Shown here: in pieces, positions 8,777-17,952 of the stretch
Position numbering within the stretch: position 1 is the stretch's first letter
Layout: every line of letters starts with the position of its first letter
From: Candidatus Dormiibacterota bacterium
GTDB lineage: Bacteria; Chloroflexota; Dormibacteria; Aeolococcales; Aeolococcaceae
Assembly: GCA_963823765.1 (NCBI GenBank)
Contig: CAWGML010000001.1
Coordinates: 131,642 to 195,641 of the forward strand
Direction: 5' to 3'
Length of the DNA: 64,000 nt
Translations under genes and position numbers: made by a program
Notes under the pieces: model-generated
What the model was told of the DNA's origin: nothing
What the model saw: the letters and a program-made list of their open reading frames with translations, nothing else
Database searches by the model: none

Positions 8777-9274
8777 ATGTCTGAGCCCTTCATCGGCGAG
8801 GTGCGCATCTACAGCTTCGGATTCGCGCCAAGGGGCTGGGCGTCGTGCGCAGGGCAGCTGCTGCCGATCAACCAGAACCAGGCACTGTTCGCCATCCTGG
8901 GCACCACGTACGGCGGCAACGGGATCCAAACATTCGCGCTGCCGGACCTCCGGGGGCGCATCCCGGTCCACGTGGGCTCGGGCGTCGTCTTGGGCCAGAG
9001 GGGCGGCGAATCCGCTCATACCCTGTCACTGTCCGAGTTGCCCGGACACGGCCACGTGCCCGCGGCAAGCGTGGCAGCAGCCGACGTCGGCTCACCGGCG
9101 GGCAATATATGGGCACAGCAGGCGTACCCGGCATTCGCGGCGACGCCGGACACGGCGATGTCGCCCGCGGCCATCCTCGCGACGGGGGGAGGCCAACCCC
9201 ACGAGAACATGTCGCCGTACCTCGTGCTCAACATCTGCATCGCCTTGGTGGGCATCTTCCCGAGCCAGAATTGA
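8777..9274 (+). CDS. phage tail collar domain protein (MdpB-type), paralogue 2
   Basis: 165 aa reading PFIGEVRIYSFGFAPRGWASCAGQLLPINQNQALFAILGTTYGGNGIQTFALPDLRGR. It has HGH at 9047-9055 and GGGQPHENMSPYL. No signal peptide. Confidence 0.9.
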   Translation: MSEPFIGEVRIYSFGFAPRGWASCAGQLLPINQNQALFAILGTTYGGNGIQTFALPDLRGRIPVHVGSGVVLGQRGGESAHTLSLSELPGHGHVPAASVAAADVGSPAGNIWAQQAYPAFAATPDTAMSPAAILATGGGQPHENMSPYLVLNICIALVGIFPSQN

Positions 9275-9298
9275 GCAGACACTGAGGATCCACACGCC

Positions 9299-9826
9299 AT
9301 GGACCCCTTCCTCGCCGAGATCCGCATCTTCTCCGGCAACTTCGCGCCCAGGGGGTGGGCCAGGTGCGACGGGCAGATACTGCCCATCGCGCAGAACACT
9401 GCCCTGTTCTCGCTCCTGGGCACGACGTACGGCGGCGACGGCGTCAGCACCTTCGCGCTCCCCGACCTGCAAGGGAGTGCCCCTCTGCAGCAGGGCCAGG
9501 GCGCCGGGCTCACCCAGCGATTCCTCGGTGAGGTGGGCGGTGAGCAGGCAGTCTCCGTGATCCAGAGCGAGATGTCACCGCACTCTCACTCGGCACAGGC
9601 CGCAGCCAATGCCAACGGCGCGTCGACGGACCCGACCAACCAGGTGTGGTCCAAGAGCTCGTACATCCGCTCCCAGGTGCCGCTGTACAAGGCGAGCGGT
9701 GACTTCTCCATGAGCCCCAACGCGGTGTCCCAGGCAGGGGCCGGCCAACCGCACAACAACATGATGCCCTACCTCGCGATCACGTTCATCATCGCCCTCC
9801 AGGGCATCTACCCGACGCATCCATGA
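9299..9826 (+). CDS. phage tail collar domain protein (MdpB-type), paralogue 3
   Basis: 175 aa reading MDPFLAEIRIFSGNFAPRGWARCDGQILPIAQNTALFSLLGTTYGGDGVSTFALPDLQG. It has HSH at 9581-9589 and GAGQPHNNMMPYL. No signal peptide. Confidence 0.9.
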   Translation: MDPFLAEIRIFSGNFAPRGWARCDGQILPIAQNTALFSLLGTTYGGDGVSTFALPDLQGSAPLQQGQGAGLTQRFLGEVGGEQAVSVIQSEMSPHSHSAQAAANANGASTDPTNQVWSKSSYIRSQVPLYKASGDFSMSPNAVSQAGAGQPHNNMMPYLAITFIIALQGIYPTHP

Positions 9827-11799
9827 ACGGCGCGCGGAACACCGTCAAGGTCGATGTCCGCGGCGTGGGGGTGAGGACCGGAGGTCGGTCTGCGCGCCCG
9901 TGGACGCGCCCGCTGCGACTCGTCGCCACCGTGATGGCCGGGGCTGTGCTCGCAGCCAGCCTCTTCGGCGTGCTCTCGCCGATCATGCGAGTTGCCGCGT
10001 TCGGGTACGCGGTCGACGAGACCGCGGATGAAGGCCTGCTGGTGCCGGCCAGCGTGGTATGCGTCACCGCCAGCGCCCACTGCAGCCTTCGCGCCGCCGT
10101 CGAGGCCAGCAACAATCTCGGCGGAGCGAACACCATCAGCGTGCCGGCGGGGACGTACAACCTCTCCTCGGCCCTCGGTGAGCTGCAGGTCGGCCCCAAC
10201 GGCGGCATGAGCGTCAGCATCACTGGGGCGGGCGCGGCGGTCACGGTCATCAACGCCGTCCAACCCAGCTCGTGCACGGCGTCGACGACGAGCAGCTGCT
10301 TCCGGGTGTTCGACATCGACCCCAACGTCAATGGTGGCGTGGGGTTCACCGCCAGCGACGTCACCATCTCGGGAGGACGCACCGGGGAGGTCGGCGGCGC
10401 CGGGATCATCAACGGCACGGGCACGGCCGCGCAGACCGATGACACCACCACGTTGAACAACTGCGCCGTCAGCGACAACGTCACGTACTCGGGTTCCGGC
10501 GGTCCGGTTCCCGGCGGCGGCCTGGTCCAGACGTACGGAAGTGTCGGGATCACCAACTGCGTCTTCTCGAACAACACGTCCAGCCTCGTCGGCGGCGCCG
10601 TCGACATGGAAGCGCCCGCCGGCGGCGGAAGCCCCTCTCTGTCGATCAGCAACTCCAGCTTCACAGGCAACGCAGCCACCATCGGTGGCGGTGTCAACAT
10701 CGCCAACACCGTCACCGGGACGATCAGCGACTCCACCTTCACAGCCAACACGTCGACCGGAAATGGCGGCGGTGCGATCGGGGTCGACAGCGGTTCCATG
10801 ACCCTGACCGACGACACGTTCACGGCCAACCAGGCGCTGAACACAGCCAACGGTGGCGCGGTGTACACCGGCGGAGGGACGACCGCCATCAGTTACAGCC
10901 GGATCTACAACAACACGGCAGCCTCGGGGACCGCGCAGGTCTTCAACAACGTCTCCGGTGCGGCGACCACTGCCGAGAACGACTGGTGGGGGGTCAACAG
11001 CGGGCCGGGCAGCGGGATCAGCAACTTCATCGTGAGCGCATGGCAGGTGCTGACGAGCGTGGCATCGCCGAACCCGATCCTGGTCAACCAGAGCTCGACC
11101 ATCACGGCCAGCCTCGACACGACCAACCTCGGCGGCTCGATAGCGCCGGCGCACCACCTGCCTGACGGGATCCCTGTGGGCTTCGCCGACGGCGCTCTCG
11201 GAACTGTCTCTCCCCACGCCGCCAGCCTGACTGGTGGAGATGCCGCCACCACCTACACCGCCGGCGGCGCCGGAGGGATCGACAGCGTTCCGACAACGGT
11301 GGACGCGCAGACGGTGGGCGGGTCGATCACGATCACCTTCCCGAGCCAGATCACCGCCACGAACACCTCCTGCGGGGCGTTCGCCGGGGACGAGGCGAGC
11401 AGCCTTGCGCAGGTGCGCTACACGGTCCATCGGGGGGTGATCCAGCACGTCCTCAACGACGACTTCCGGTACTGGGCCGCGCTGCCCTCAGCCGGCGGCA
11501 CCCAGGCGTTCGACATCGTGCAGTCGACCAGTGAGGCGAGCAATCCATTCACCGCGCACGGCACTGCCTTCAACGGCGCCTGCAAGCGGCTTCCCACCAC
11601 GGTGAGCCAATCCGCGAACACGGTCACCATCACCGTCAAGGGACCCGTCGCGGGCGGCCCGGTGTACATCGTGCTCACGTTCTTCCCGTCGAGCGTCATC
11701 GGTGAGCCCCGTCCCACACCCGACACGACGGTCACGTACACGATCAGCACCTCGGGGCATCCGAGCTCGAGCAGCGCGATCGACCTCGTCAAGCGGTAA
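9823..11799 (+). CDS. secreted or membrane-anchored CSLREA-motif protein with right-handed parallel beta-helix repeats
   Basis: The ATG overlaps the upstream stop (ATGA at 9823-9826). The N-terminal hydrophobic anchor reads LRLVATVMAGAVLAASLFGVL. The CSLREA-type motif reads HCSLRAAVEASNNLGGANTI. Many G-G-A/N-x-T/S beta-helix rungs follow (VSDN, FSNN, FTGN, FTAN). Confidence 0.8.
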   Translation: MNGARNTVKVDVRGVGVRTGGRSARPWTRPLRLVATVMAGAVLAASLFGVLSPIMRVAAFGYAVDETADEGLLVPASVVCVTASAHCSLRAAVEASNNLGGANTISVPAGTYNLSSALGELQVGPNGGMSVSITGAGAAVTVINAVQPSSCTASTTSSCFRVFDIDPNVNGGVGFTASDVTISGGRTGEVGGAGIINGTGTAAQTDDTTTLNNCAVSDNVTYSGSGGPVPGGGLVQTYGSVGITNCVFSNNTSSLVGGAVDMEAPAGGGSPSLSISNSSFTGNAATIGGGVNIANTVTGTISDSTFTANTSTGNGGGAIGVDSGSMTLTDDTFTANQALNTANGGAVYTGGGTTAISYSRIYNNTAASGTAQVFNNVSGAATTAENDWWGVNSGPGSGISNFIVSAWQVLTSVASPNPILVNQSSTITASLDTTNLGGSIAPAHHLPDGIPVGFADGALGTVSPHAASLTGGDAATTYTAGGAGGIDSVPTTVDAQTVGGSITITFPSQITATNTSCGAFAGDEASSLAQVRYTVHRGVIQHVLNDDFRYWAALPSAGGTQAFDIVQSTSEASNPFTAHGTAFNGACKRLPTTVSQSANTVTITVKGPVAGGPVYIVLTFFPSSVIGEPRPTPDTTVTYTISTSGHPSSSSAIDLVKR

Positions 11800-11858
11800 C
11801 ACCGGGCCGACCGGCGCGGGCCTACGCCGACACGCGTGGCGACCGCTAGGATCGTGGC

Positions 11859-12416
11859 GTGCTCGCATGGATGGATCTTGAGATGACCGGGCTCGACCCG
11901 GCGCGTCACGCCATCGTCGAGATCGCCACGCTCATCACCGACGATGAGCTGAGGCTGGTCGCCGAGGGGCCCGACCTGGTGATCCACGCCTCGGCTGAGC
12001 AGTTGGGGGAGATGGATGGCGTGGTGCGGGCCATGCACGCACGCTCGGGGCTGCTCACCGCCATCCAGGCCTCGTCGATCTCCGTCACAGACGCCGGAGT
12101 GCGAACGCTCGACTTCCTGCGCGCACACATCGCTGAACCGCGGACAGTTCCGCTGTGCGGCAACTCGATAGGAACGGACCGCCGCTTCCTGGCAGCCCAG
12201 CTCCCCGCGATCGAGGGCTTCCTGCACTACCGGTCGATCGACGTGTCGACCGTCAAGGAGCTGTGCCGGAGGTGGTACCCCGACGTCCTCGCGCACGCAC
12301 CCGCCAAGGGAGAGGCGCATCGGGCCCTCGAGGACATCCGCGAATCCATCGCCGAGCTGGCGTACTATCGGTCGACGATCTTCTCCGCCACCGGCCAGCC
12401 CTCCATCGCCGGCTAG
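11859..12416 (+). CDS. orn: oligoribonuclease
   Basis: 185 aa with DEDDh exonuclease motifs: WMDLEMTGLDP, CGNSIGTDRRFL, HYRSIDVSTVKEL, HRALEDIRESIAEL. Confidence 0.9.
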   Translation: MLAWMDLEMTGLDPARHAIVEIATLITDDELRLVAEGPDLVIHASAEQLGEMDGVVRAMHARSGLLTAIQASSISVTDAGVRTLDFLRAHIAEPRTVPLCGNSIGTDRRFLAAQLPAIEGFLHYRSIDVSTVKELCRRWYPDVLAHAPAKGEAHRALEDIRESIAELAYYRSTIFSATGQPSIAG

Positions 12417-12438
12417 GCTGCCCCGACACGCACAGCGC

Positions 12439-13236
12439 TCAGGAGACGGGCGCGGTGAGCTCCTGGGACTCAGCCACGGACCATGCCACCCCCAGGCTCG
12501 CCGGCTCCGCGCACGGCGGCGGCGGCGGTCCGATCAGGCGGTCGAGCAGCTGGAATGCGCTCTCGCAGAGAACGTCGGACGTCTGCCACAGCCACGTGCG
12601 ACTGCCTGCGCTGTCGGGGGCCTCGTGTTCGGCAACCGACCAGGCGGCGGCGCGCGCCACGACACGAGCGGCGTCCCAACGTCGCCGGGCACGGGACCCC
12701 CTGGCACCGTCAGCCGCGTCCATTCCGGCGACGCAGGCCCCGGTGATGCCCGCGGCGGCAAGCGCGCCGGTCACCTCGGCGTTGGTCTGATCGTCGTCAG
12801 CGGGACGCACGCGCACGTGACCGTAGACGTCGAGCGCGACGATCGCAGCCTCGAGAGCGGCAGCGCGCTCGTTGAAGACGGCTGTGGCCAGGTCGAGGCG
12901 CTGCGCCGCCGCCAGCCACTCGGGAACGGCTGTCGCGATCATCCAGTCCCAGAGGGCTTCGCAGCGAGCCAGCTCGAGCTCTCGCGGGCCGCGTGTTCCG
13001 ATCATCCGCGGGCTCAGCAGCGCCAGCCGCTGCCGGCGTGCGGGTTCGAGCGCGTCATTGAACGAGCGACTGAACGCCGCGATGACAGGCGAGACCGACT
13101 GCGGGTGGTCACTGTGCTTCTCGCCGGCCATCCAGGCGACAAGCTCCATCGCGCACACGCCATCCTCGGGGCGTCGGTGTCGCCCCTTCTGCAGGCTGAC
13201 GATCTCGGCGAGCTCGCGGATGGTGGTCTTGGCCAT
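12439..13236 (-). CDS. hypothetical protein
   Basis: 265-aa ORF with G/C-rich third codon positions and no competing ORF. No family recognised; mostly predicted helical (MAKTTIRELAEIVSLQKGRHRRPEDGVCAMELVAW...). Confidence 0.55.
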   Translation of the reverse strand: MAKTTIRELAEIVSLQKGRHRRPEDGVCAMELVAWMAGEKHSDHPQSVSPVIAAFSRSFNDALEPARRQRLALLSPRMIGTRGPRELELARCEALWDWMIATAVPEWLAAAQRLDLATAVFNERAAALEAAIVALDVYGHVRVRPADDDQTNAEVTGALAAAGITGACVAGMDAADGARGSRARRRWDAARVVARAAAWSVAEHEAPDSAGSRTWLWQTSDVLCESAFQLLDRLIGPPPPPCAEPASLGVAWSVAESQELTAPVS

Positions 13237-13315
13237 CGGTGTCCTCAGCGTGTTCCCGAGCGGGCGTGCTTAAGCGTAGCGCCGCGGACGGCTGCCGTCG
13301 ACGATCGCCTGCTCC

Positions 13316-14225
13316 TCAACTCCAGTAGATGAGCAGGTTGAAGGCGGGTCCGTTGCCCATCGCGGTCCCGTCCTGCTGGGTGACCGCCCACTGGTCGGTG
13401 GGGCTGGCCAGGTAGCTGATTCCGCTCGGTGCGGTGTCGTACACACCCCCCAGGTACGCGGGATCGAAGTTGGGGGTGTCGAAGATGATCGCATTGGGAT
13501 TGCCGTTGGTCCGGGCGTTGCTGATGATCGAGTTGCTCCCGCTGCCGAAGCCGGTCTGCTGGATGACCGCCTTCCCACCATTGCTCTTCCCCGCGCCGAC
13601 CATGACGTTGAAGCGCGCGCCCACGGGCATCGCGGTCGTGTCCTCGTTGAAGATCGCAGCCCGGTTGTTCGCGAACGTGACGCCCACCGTGTGGTTGAGG
13701 ATCTGCAGGCCGCCAGTGGTGACAAAGGTGACCTGGAGCAGGGCGTTCGGCTTGCCATTCGTCTGCTTGGAGTCGATCGTCGGTGCTGTCGCCGCTCGTG
13801 TTTGCGGAGGTGGACGTCTGGATGAAGACGTCAGCGTTGGGATGCGGCACCACCAGGACGTTGAACTGCGCACCGATGGGGATGTTCGATTCGTCCTCGT
13901 TGACGATCGCCCATCTGTCACCTCCGAAGAGGCCGTAGATCACCCCGATGGGAGAGGTGTCCTCCACGCACCCGCACACGCCTCCAGGTGTGTCGTTCGA
14001 AGTCACGAACAACATCGCGTTCGGCAGGCCGTTGACAGCGCCGTTGTCGAGGCTGGTGACGAACGACGAGGTGTTCGACGAGGTCGCTGTCCAGATGAAA
14101 TGGGAGGTCACTGTCACGCTGGCCGATGCCGGGGGCGACCACAAGAGCGCCGGCCCCAGTGAGGCAGCCGTGATGAGCAGCGCCACCCCCAGGCGGATGC
14201 TTCGATGAGAGCTTCGACCGTCCAT
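13316..14225 (-). CDS. secreted protein with three tandem ~90-aa repeats (lectin-like); frame broken once near 13782
   Basis: Signal peptide MDGRSSHRSIRLGVALLITAASLGPALLWSPPASA. The repeats share NG.PNA..., WAI.NED...P.GA.FNV. The N-terminal part lies in the frame of ORF 13245..14981 and the C-terminal part in ORF 13316..13921. Confidence 0.65.
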
Positions 14226-14322
14226 CTCTGGCCTCCTTGCGCTTGCGTGCTCGCGGCCTGGGCAAGCCGCCGACGAAGCCTGGCGCCCCGATTCTGCGCC
14301 GCGTCGGGGCCGCTTGGAAGCC

Positions 14323-15051
14323 TCAGCCGAGGCGGCTGAGAAGGTACTCGCGGTGCACCGGCCAGGCCCACACCGCGTTGCCATGCGAAGCCGGCACCGG
14401 ACGTGTGAGAGGTATCCACCATCCGTGGTGGACGGCGCGCGCCGGTGGTCCCCCTCCCGTTCGCGCACCTCGCTTCCGCGCCCGGATGAGGGGACGGAGC
14501 GACGCGAGGATGAGCAGGAGCCCGACCGTCGCGAGCGGCCCGGACGGTGACCAGGCCACGTTGGCCGGCTGGGGTGCCTGCGTGGCCTCGTTCGTCTGCA
14601 CCACCGCACCGGTCGGCACCTGCGCGCACGTGGTGGCGTTGGCGTGCCGGTGGCGTTTCGTCGGCGGCGTTGGGGACCAGAGCGCAGGCGACACCACGGT
14701 GGCGGGTGGCACCGACGAGGCAGACCGTCCCGCGACGGATGTCTGCTTGCCGCCTCCCTGGCGGGCTCGCCCGCCGGCGTTGGCAGGCGAAGCGGCGTGG
14801 ACGCGTCGCAACCCGCCGGCGGCCGGCTGGGTCGCCGCGGAGCTGCCGCGGCCGGCTCCCCTCGGCGCGCCGCGCCGGGCTGTGTGCGCGGCAGCCGATG
14901 GAGCCGGTCTGGCGGGACCGGCGCAGACGGCGGCCCCGGCGGTTGCCGCAGGGACCGGCGTCGACGTCGAGGCTCCGACAACGCCGGCGCCGACGGCTCC
15001 GAGCGCGACAGCGATCAGAAGGCGGCGGCGGCGCGGACGGGACACCGCCAT
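14323..15051 (-). CDS. possible Ala/Pro/Gly-rich secreted protein with a C-terminal hydrophobic anchor
   Basis: Internal ATG of ORF 14323..15123. It starts with the signal-like MAVSRPRRRRLLIAVALGAVGAGVVGASTS and has a late hydrophobic stretch plus basic cluster, PLATVGLLLILASLRPLIRARKRG. Low complexity means it could be a GC-driven artefact. Confidence 0.3.
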   Translation of the reverse strand: MAVSRPRRRRLLIAVALGAVGAGVVGASTSTPVPAATAGAAVCAGPARPAPSAAAHTARRGAPRGAGRGSSAATQPAAGGLRRVHAASPANAGGRARQGGGKQTSVAGRSASSVPPATVVSPALWSPTPPTKRHRHANATTCAQVPTGAVVQTNEATQAPQPANVAWSPSGPLATVGLLLILASLRPLIRARKRGARTGGGPPARAVHHGWWIPLTRPVPASHGNAVWAWPVHREYLLSRLG

Positions 15052-15142
15052 GCTCGCTGACGACCCCTCCCTGGCTCTGAACGATTCGACGCGATCATGG
15101 CGTTCACCGCCCGGGGGAGTCAAGCGCGGCGGGCGCGGCGGC

Positions 15143-16378
15143 TCAGCCGCAGAGGTCGATCCCCTTCGCAGCCAGGATGTGCGTCACGGCGCTGACCAAC
15201 CGGGCTCGCTCGAGCATCCCAGCGTCGGTCGCGGCCACCAGCGCCGCCACCACCCGGTTGCTGACCCCGGCGACGGTCGCTGCCGTGGCGCTGTACAGCA
15301 CCATGTCGACACCAGCCCGAACCGCGGCGACCGCGGCGGTGGACAGCGAATAGCCGGCCGCCCTGAGCGCGGTCGCGGTGAGTGAATCGGTCATCACCAG
15401 GCCCTGGTATCCAAGCCGTTCGCGCAGGATCGTGGTGACAGCGACCGGCGAGACGCTCGCCGGCAGCGTCGTCAAACCAGGCACGAGGGCGTTGCTCACC
15501 ATCACTGCCTCCACGCCGCCGGCGACAGCCGCTTCGAAGGGAGGCAGGCCCGAGTGTTGGAGGGCGCTCCAAGGCCGGGTGGATGCGGCCATCATGTCGG
15601 TGTTGCCGGTGGCCCCGCCGAGCCCGGGGAAGTGTTTGACGACAGCCACCACGCCGCCGTCGCGGAGCCCCGCAGCGAACGCCAGGCCATCCCGTGTCGC
15701 GATCGCCGGGTCGGCGCTGAATGAACGGGTGCCGTCCGCGTCATGGCTGTTGGGCCCCACACCACCGTCGGCGTCGAGCACCGGAGCTAGGTCCATGGAT
15801 ACTCCCGCAGCTCGCATCCGGGTCGCCAACCGCGCGGCCATGGCGCGGATCTCGATCGCGCTCATGGTTGCGCCCATCACTCGAGCGGACGGCACCGACC
15901 CGACGAGGTTGGCCATGCGCTGCACGTCACCGCCTTCCTCATCCGTCATCACGAACGGAGGGATTCGATTCGGCGCCCGCGCGGCGAGGGTCGCGAGCTG
16001 GGGACCGAGCGTGACGGGGGCGTGTGACCCGAACAGGATGACCCCACCCGCGCCCGCGGCGACCTCGGCGGTGATCGAGCCCACGTGGCCCTCATCCACC
16101 GGGATGACCACGGTCTGCTCGGCCAGTTGCGTCGTGGTCCAGGTGGCCAGGACGAGCGGGTTCGAGCATGCGCTCGCCGGGGTTGGCGGCGGCGGAACGC
16201 CGGCAGGTGCGGGTGCCGGCGTCGACGAGGTTGTGATGACGATCGGCGCCGGGGAGGCCCTGAGAGGAGCGACGAGGTTCGGCGCCAGCCGCAATGAGGC
16301 GGCCGACGCGCATCCGGACAGCGCGATGAGCGACACCGCAAGCGCCATCCGCCTCCGCGCAACCCTGCTCACACCCAT
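15143..16378 (-). CDS. glycoside hydrolase family 3 lipoprotein (beta-N-acetylhexosaminidase, NagZ/LpqI-like)
   Basis: Lipobox in MGVSRVARRRMALAVSLIALSGC. GH3 motifs present: FVMTDEEGGDVQR, SMDLAPVLD, KHFPGLGGATGNTD, GLVMTDSL. Confidence 0.85.
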   Translation of the reverse strand: MGVSRVARRRMALAVSLIALSGCASAASLRLAPNLVAPLRASPAPIVITTSSTPAPAPAGVPPPPTPASACSNPLVLATWTTTQLAEQTVVIPVDEGHVGSITAEVAAGAGGVILFGSHAPVTLGPQLATLAARAPNRIPPFVMTDEEGGDVQRMANLVGSVPSARVMGATMSAIEIRAMAARLATRMRAAGVSMDLAPVLDADGGVGPNSHDADGTRSFSADPAIATRDGLAFAAGLRDGGVVAVVKHFPGLGGATGNTDMMAASTRPWSALQHSGLPPFEAAVAGGVEAVMVSNALVPGLTTLPASVSPVAVTTILRERLGYQGLVMTDSLTATALRAAGYSLSTAAVAAVRAGVDMVLYSATAATVAGVSNRVVAALVAATDAGMLERARLVSAVTHILAAKGIDLCG

Positions 16379-16427
16379 GAGAGGGCTGTGAGGCGGGGAT
16401 GTGTTACGGCTTGGCCCACCTGAGTGC

Positions 16428-17811
16428 TCAGGAGTCGAATCCGAGGCCGAGACGGTCGAGCAGTCGCAGCCAGAGGTTGCGCCGCCCGGCGTTCCGATCT
16501 GCCTGTGCCAGCGACCATCGGGTGGCCTGGATGCCCGCGAACGCCAGTGGCTCGGGCGGGAACGGTGGCGGCCGGTGCCGCACAATCTGAAGCTCGGTGC
16601 GCTCGGTTGCCTCCCCGGCGAGCAGGTCGAGCATGACGTTGGCGCCGAACCGGCTGGCGCCCACTCCGAGCCCCGTGTAACCGAGCGCATAGGCGGCGCG
16701 GCCGCTCAACGCTGTGCCGAAGAAGGCGAAGAATCGCGTGCAGGTGTCGATGGCCCCGCCCCAGCGGTGGGTGAACCGAAGCCCTTCCAACTGCGGAAAC
16801 GTGTCGAAGAAGTGGTGTGCCAGCTTCTCGAAGGTCGCCGGGCGCTGCTCGAACGCGGGCGACAGCCTGCGCCCGAAGTGGTAGATGGCGTCGTAGCCAC
16901 CCCACAGGATGCGGTGGTCCGCGGTCATGCGGTAGTAGTGGAACTGGTTGGTCATGTCGCTGACACCGGCGCCGTTGCGCCAGCCGATCGAACTCCAACT
17001 GGGCCGCCGAGAGTGGCTCGGTGACCAGCACGTAGTCGTAGACGGGCACCGTGAACAGCCGCAGGCGACGGAGGAGTGGCGGAAAGGCGCTGGTGGCGAG
17101 CGCCACCTGCCGGGCACGCACGATGGTGCCCCGGTCCGTGGTCAGCCGCAGGCGTAAGCCATCACGCGCCAGGTGGCGCACGCGCGTGCTCTCCGCGATC
17201 CGCACACCGGCAGCCTCGGCCGCGGCGGCCAGGGCCCACGCCAGCGCGGCGGGGTCCACCATCGCGGTGGTGTCGCGCTCCCATGAGCCGGCCACGAAGG
17301 TCGGCGAGTTGACCTGCGCGCGCATCGCCGCCTGGTCGAGGAACTCCCCGGGGCTCTCGCGCAGCCACTCGACGTGGTGCGGTGCGGTGGCCACGGTGAT
17401 CGCGCCTGTTCGCCTGAACGAGTCGCCAACTCCATGTGTCGCCACCCAGGAGTCGATCTCGTCGAGGTTCTGACGCCCGAGCCTCTCGAGCGTGCCGTAC
17501 TCCCGCGGGAATCGGAGCCGGCCGTTGGATTCGCCATGCGTGAGGCTCGCGGAGCAGAAGCCTCCGTTGCGCCCGGTTGCCGCGGCGCCGATGCGTTCAC
17601 CCTCGAGGAGCAGCACGTCGCGAGAGGGGTCGCGCTGCTTGGCGAGGACCGCGGTCCACAACCCGGAGAATCCGCCGCCCACGATCGCGAGATCGGTCGA
17701 GACACTGCCGAGGAGAGGTGGTCGTGGCGGCGGGCGCATCGCCGTGTCGAGCCAGAACACCCGCGGCTCGGCCGTCGCCAGGGCTCGAGCGACGCCCAGT
17801 GCCTGTGCCAC
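16428..17811 (-). CDS. FAD-dependent oxidoreductase (DAO family); frame broken at 16990-16995
   Basis: GTG start. The dinucleotide-binding motif reads DLAIVGGGFSGLWTAVLA. The N-terminal part is in ORF 16369..17811 up to ..TEPLSAAQLE. The C-terminal part is in ORF 16428..17117 from SIGWRNGAGVSDMTNQFHYY. Confidence 0.8.
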
Positions 17812-17952
17812 GCACCGAAGAGTACGGAGGTATGGGCACCACGGGAGCCGCTCGACGCTGACGAGGCCGGCGCGTCATAGTTCACCCCGGTGTGGGTGGA
17901 TAGGTTCCACGCCCGACGCTTCAGTCGTCAGCAACATGGGGAGGCAGCTTCA

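Noticed and set aside
8267-9826. Interpreting the tail-collar genes as evidence of a prophage or mobile element
   Set aside because: There is no capsid, terminase, portal, tube, sheath, baseplate, lysis, integrase or att-like repeat anywhere in the 64 kb. GC content and codon style look the same as the neighbouring genes. The genes sit in a host-type operon with Tat and GNAT components.
9808-11448. 546-aa ORF on the minus strand
   Set aside because: It is entirely antisense to the beta-helix gene. Its translation is Arg/Gly/Ala/Asp-rich low complexity with no domain-like motifs. Such long shadow ORFs are typical of very GC-rich DNA.
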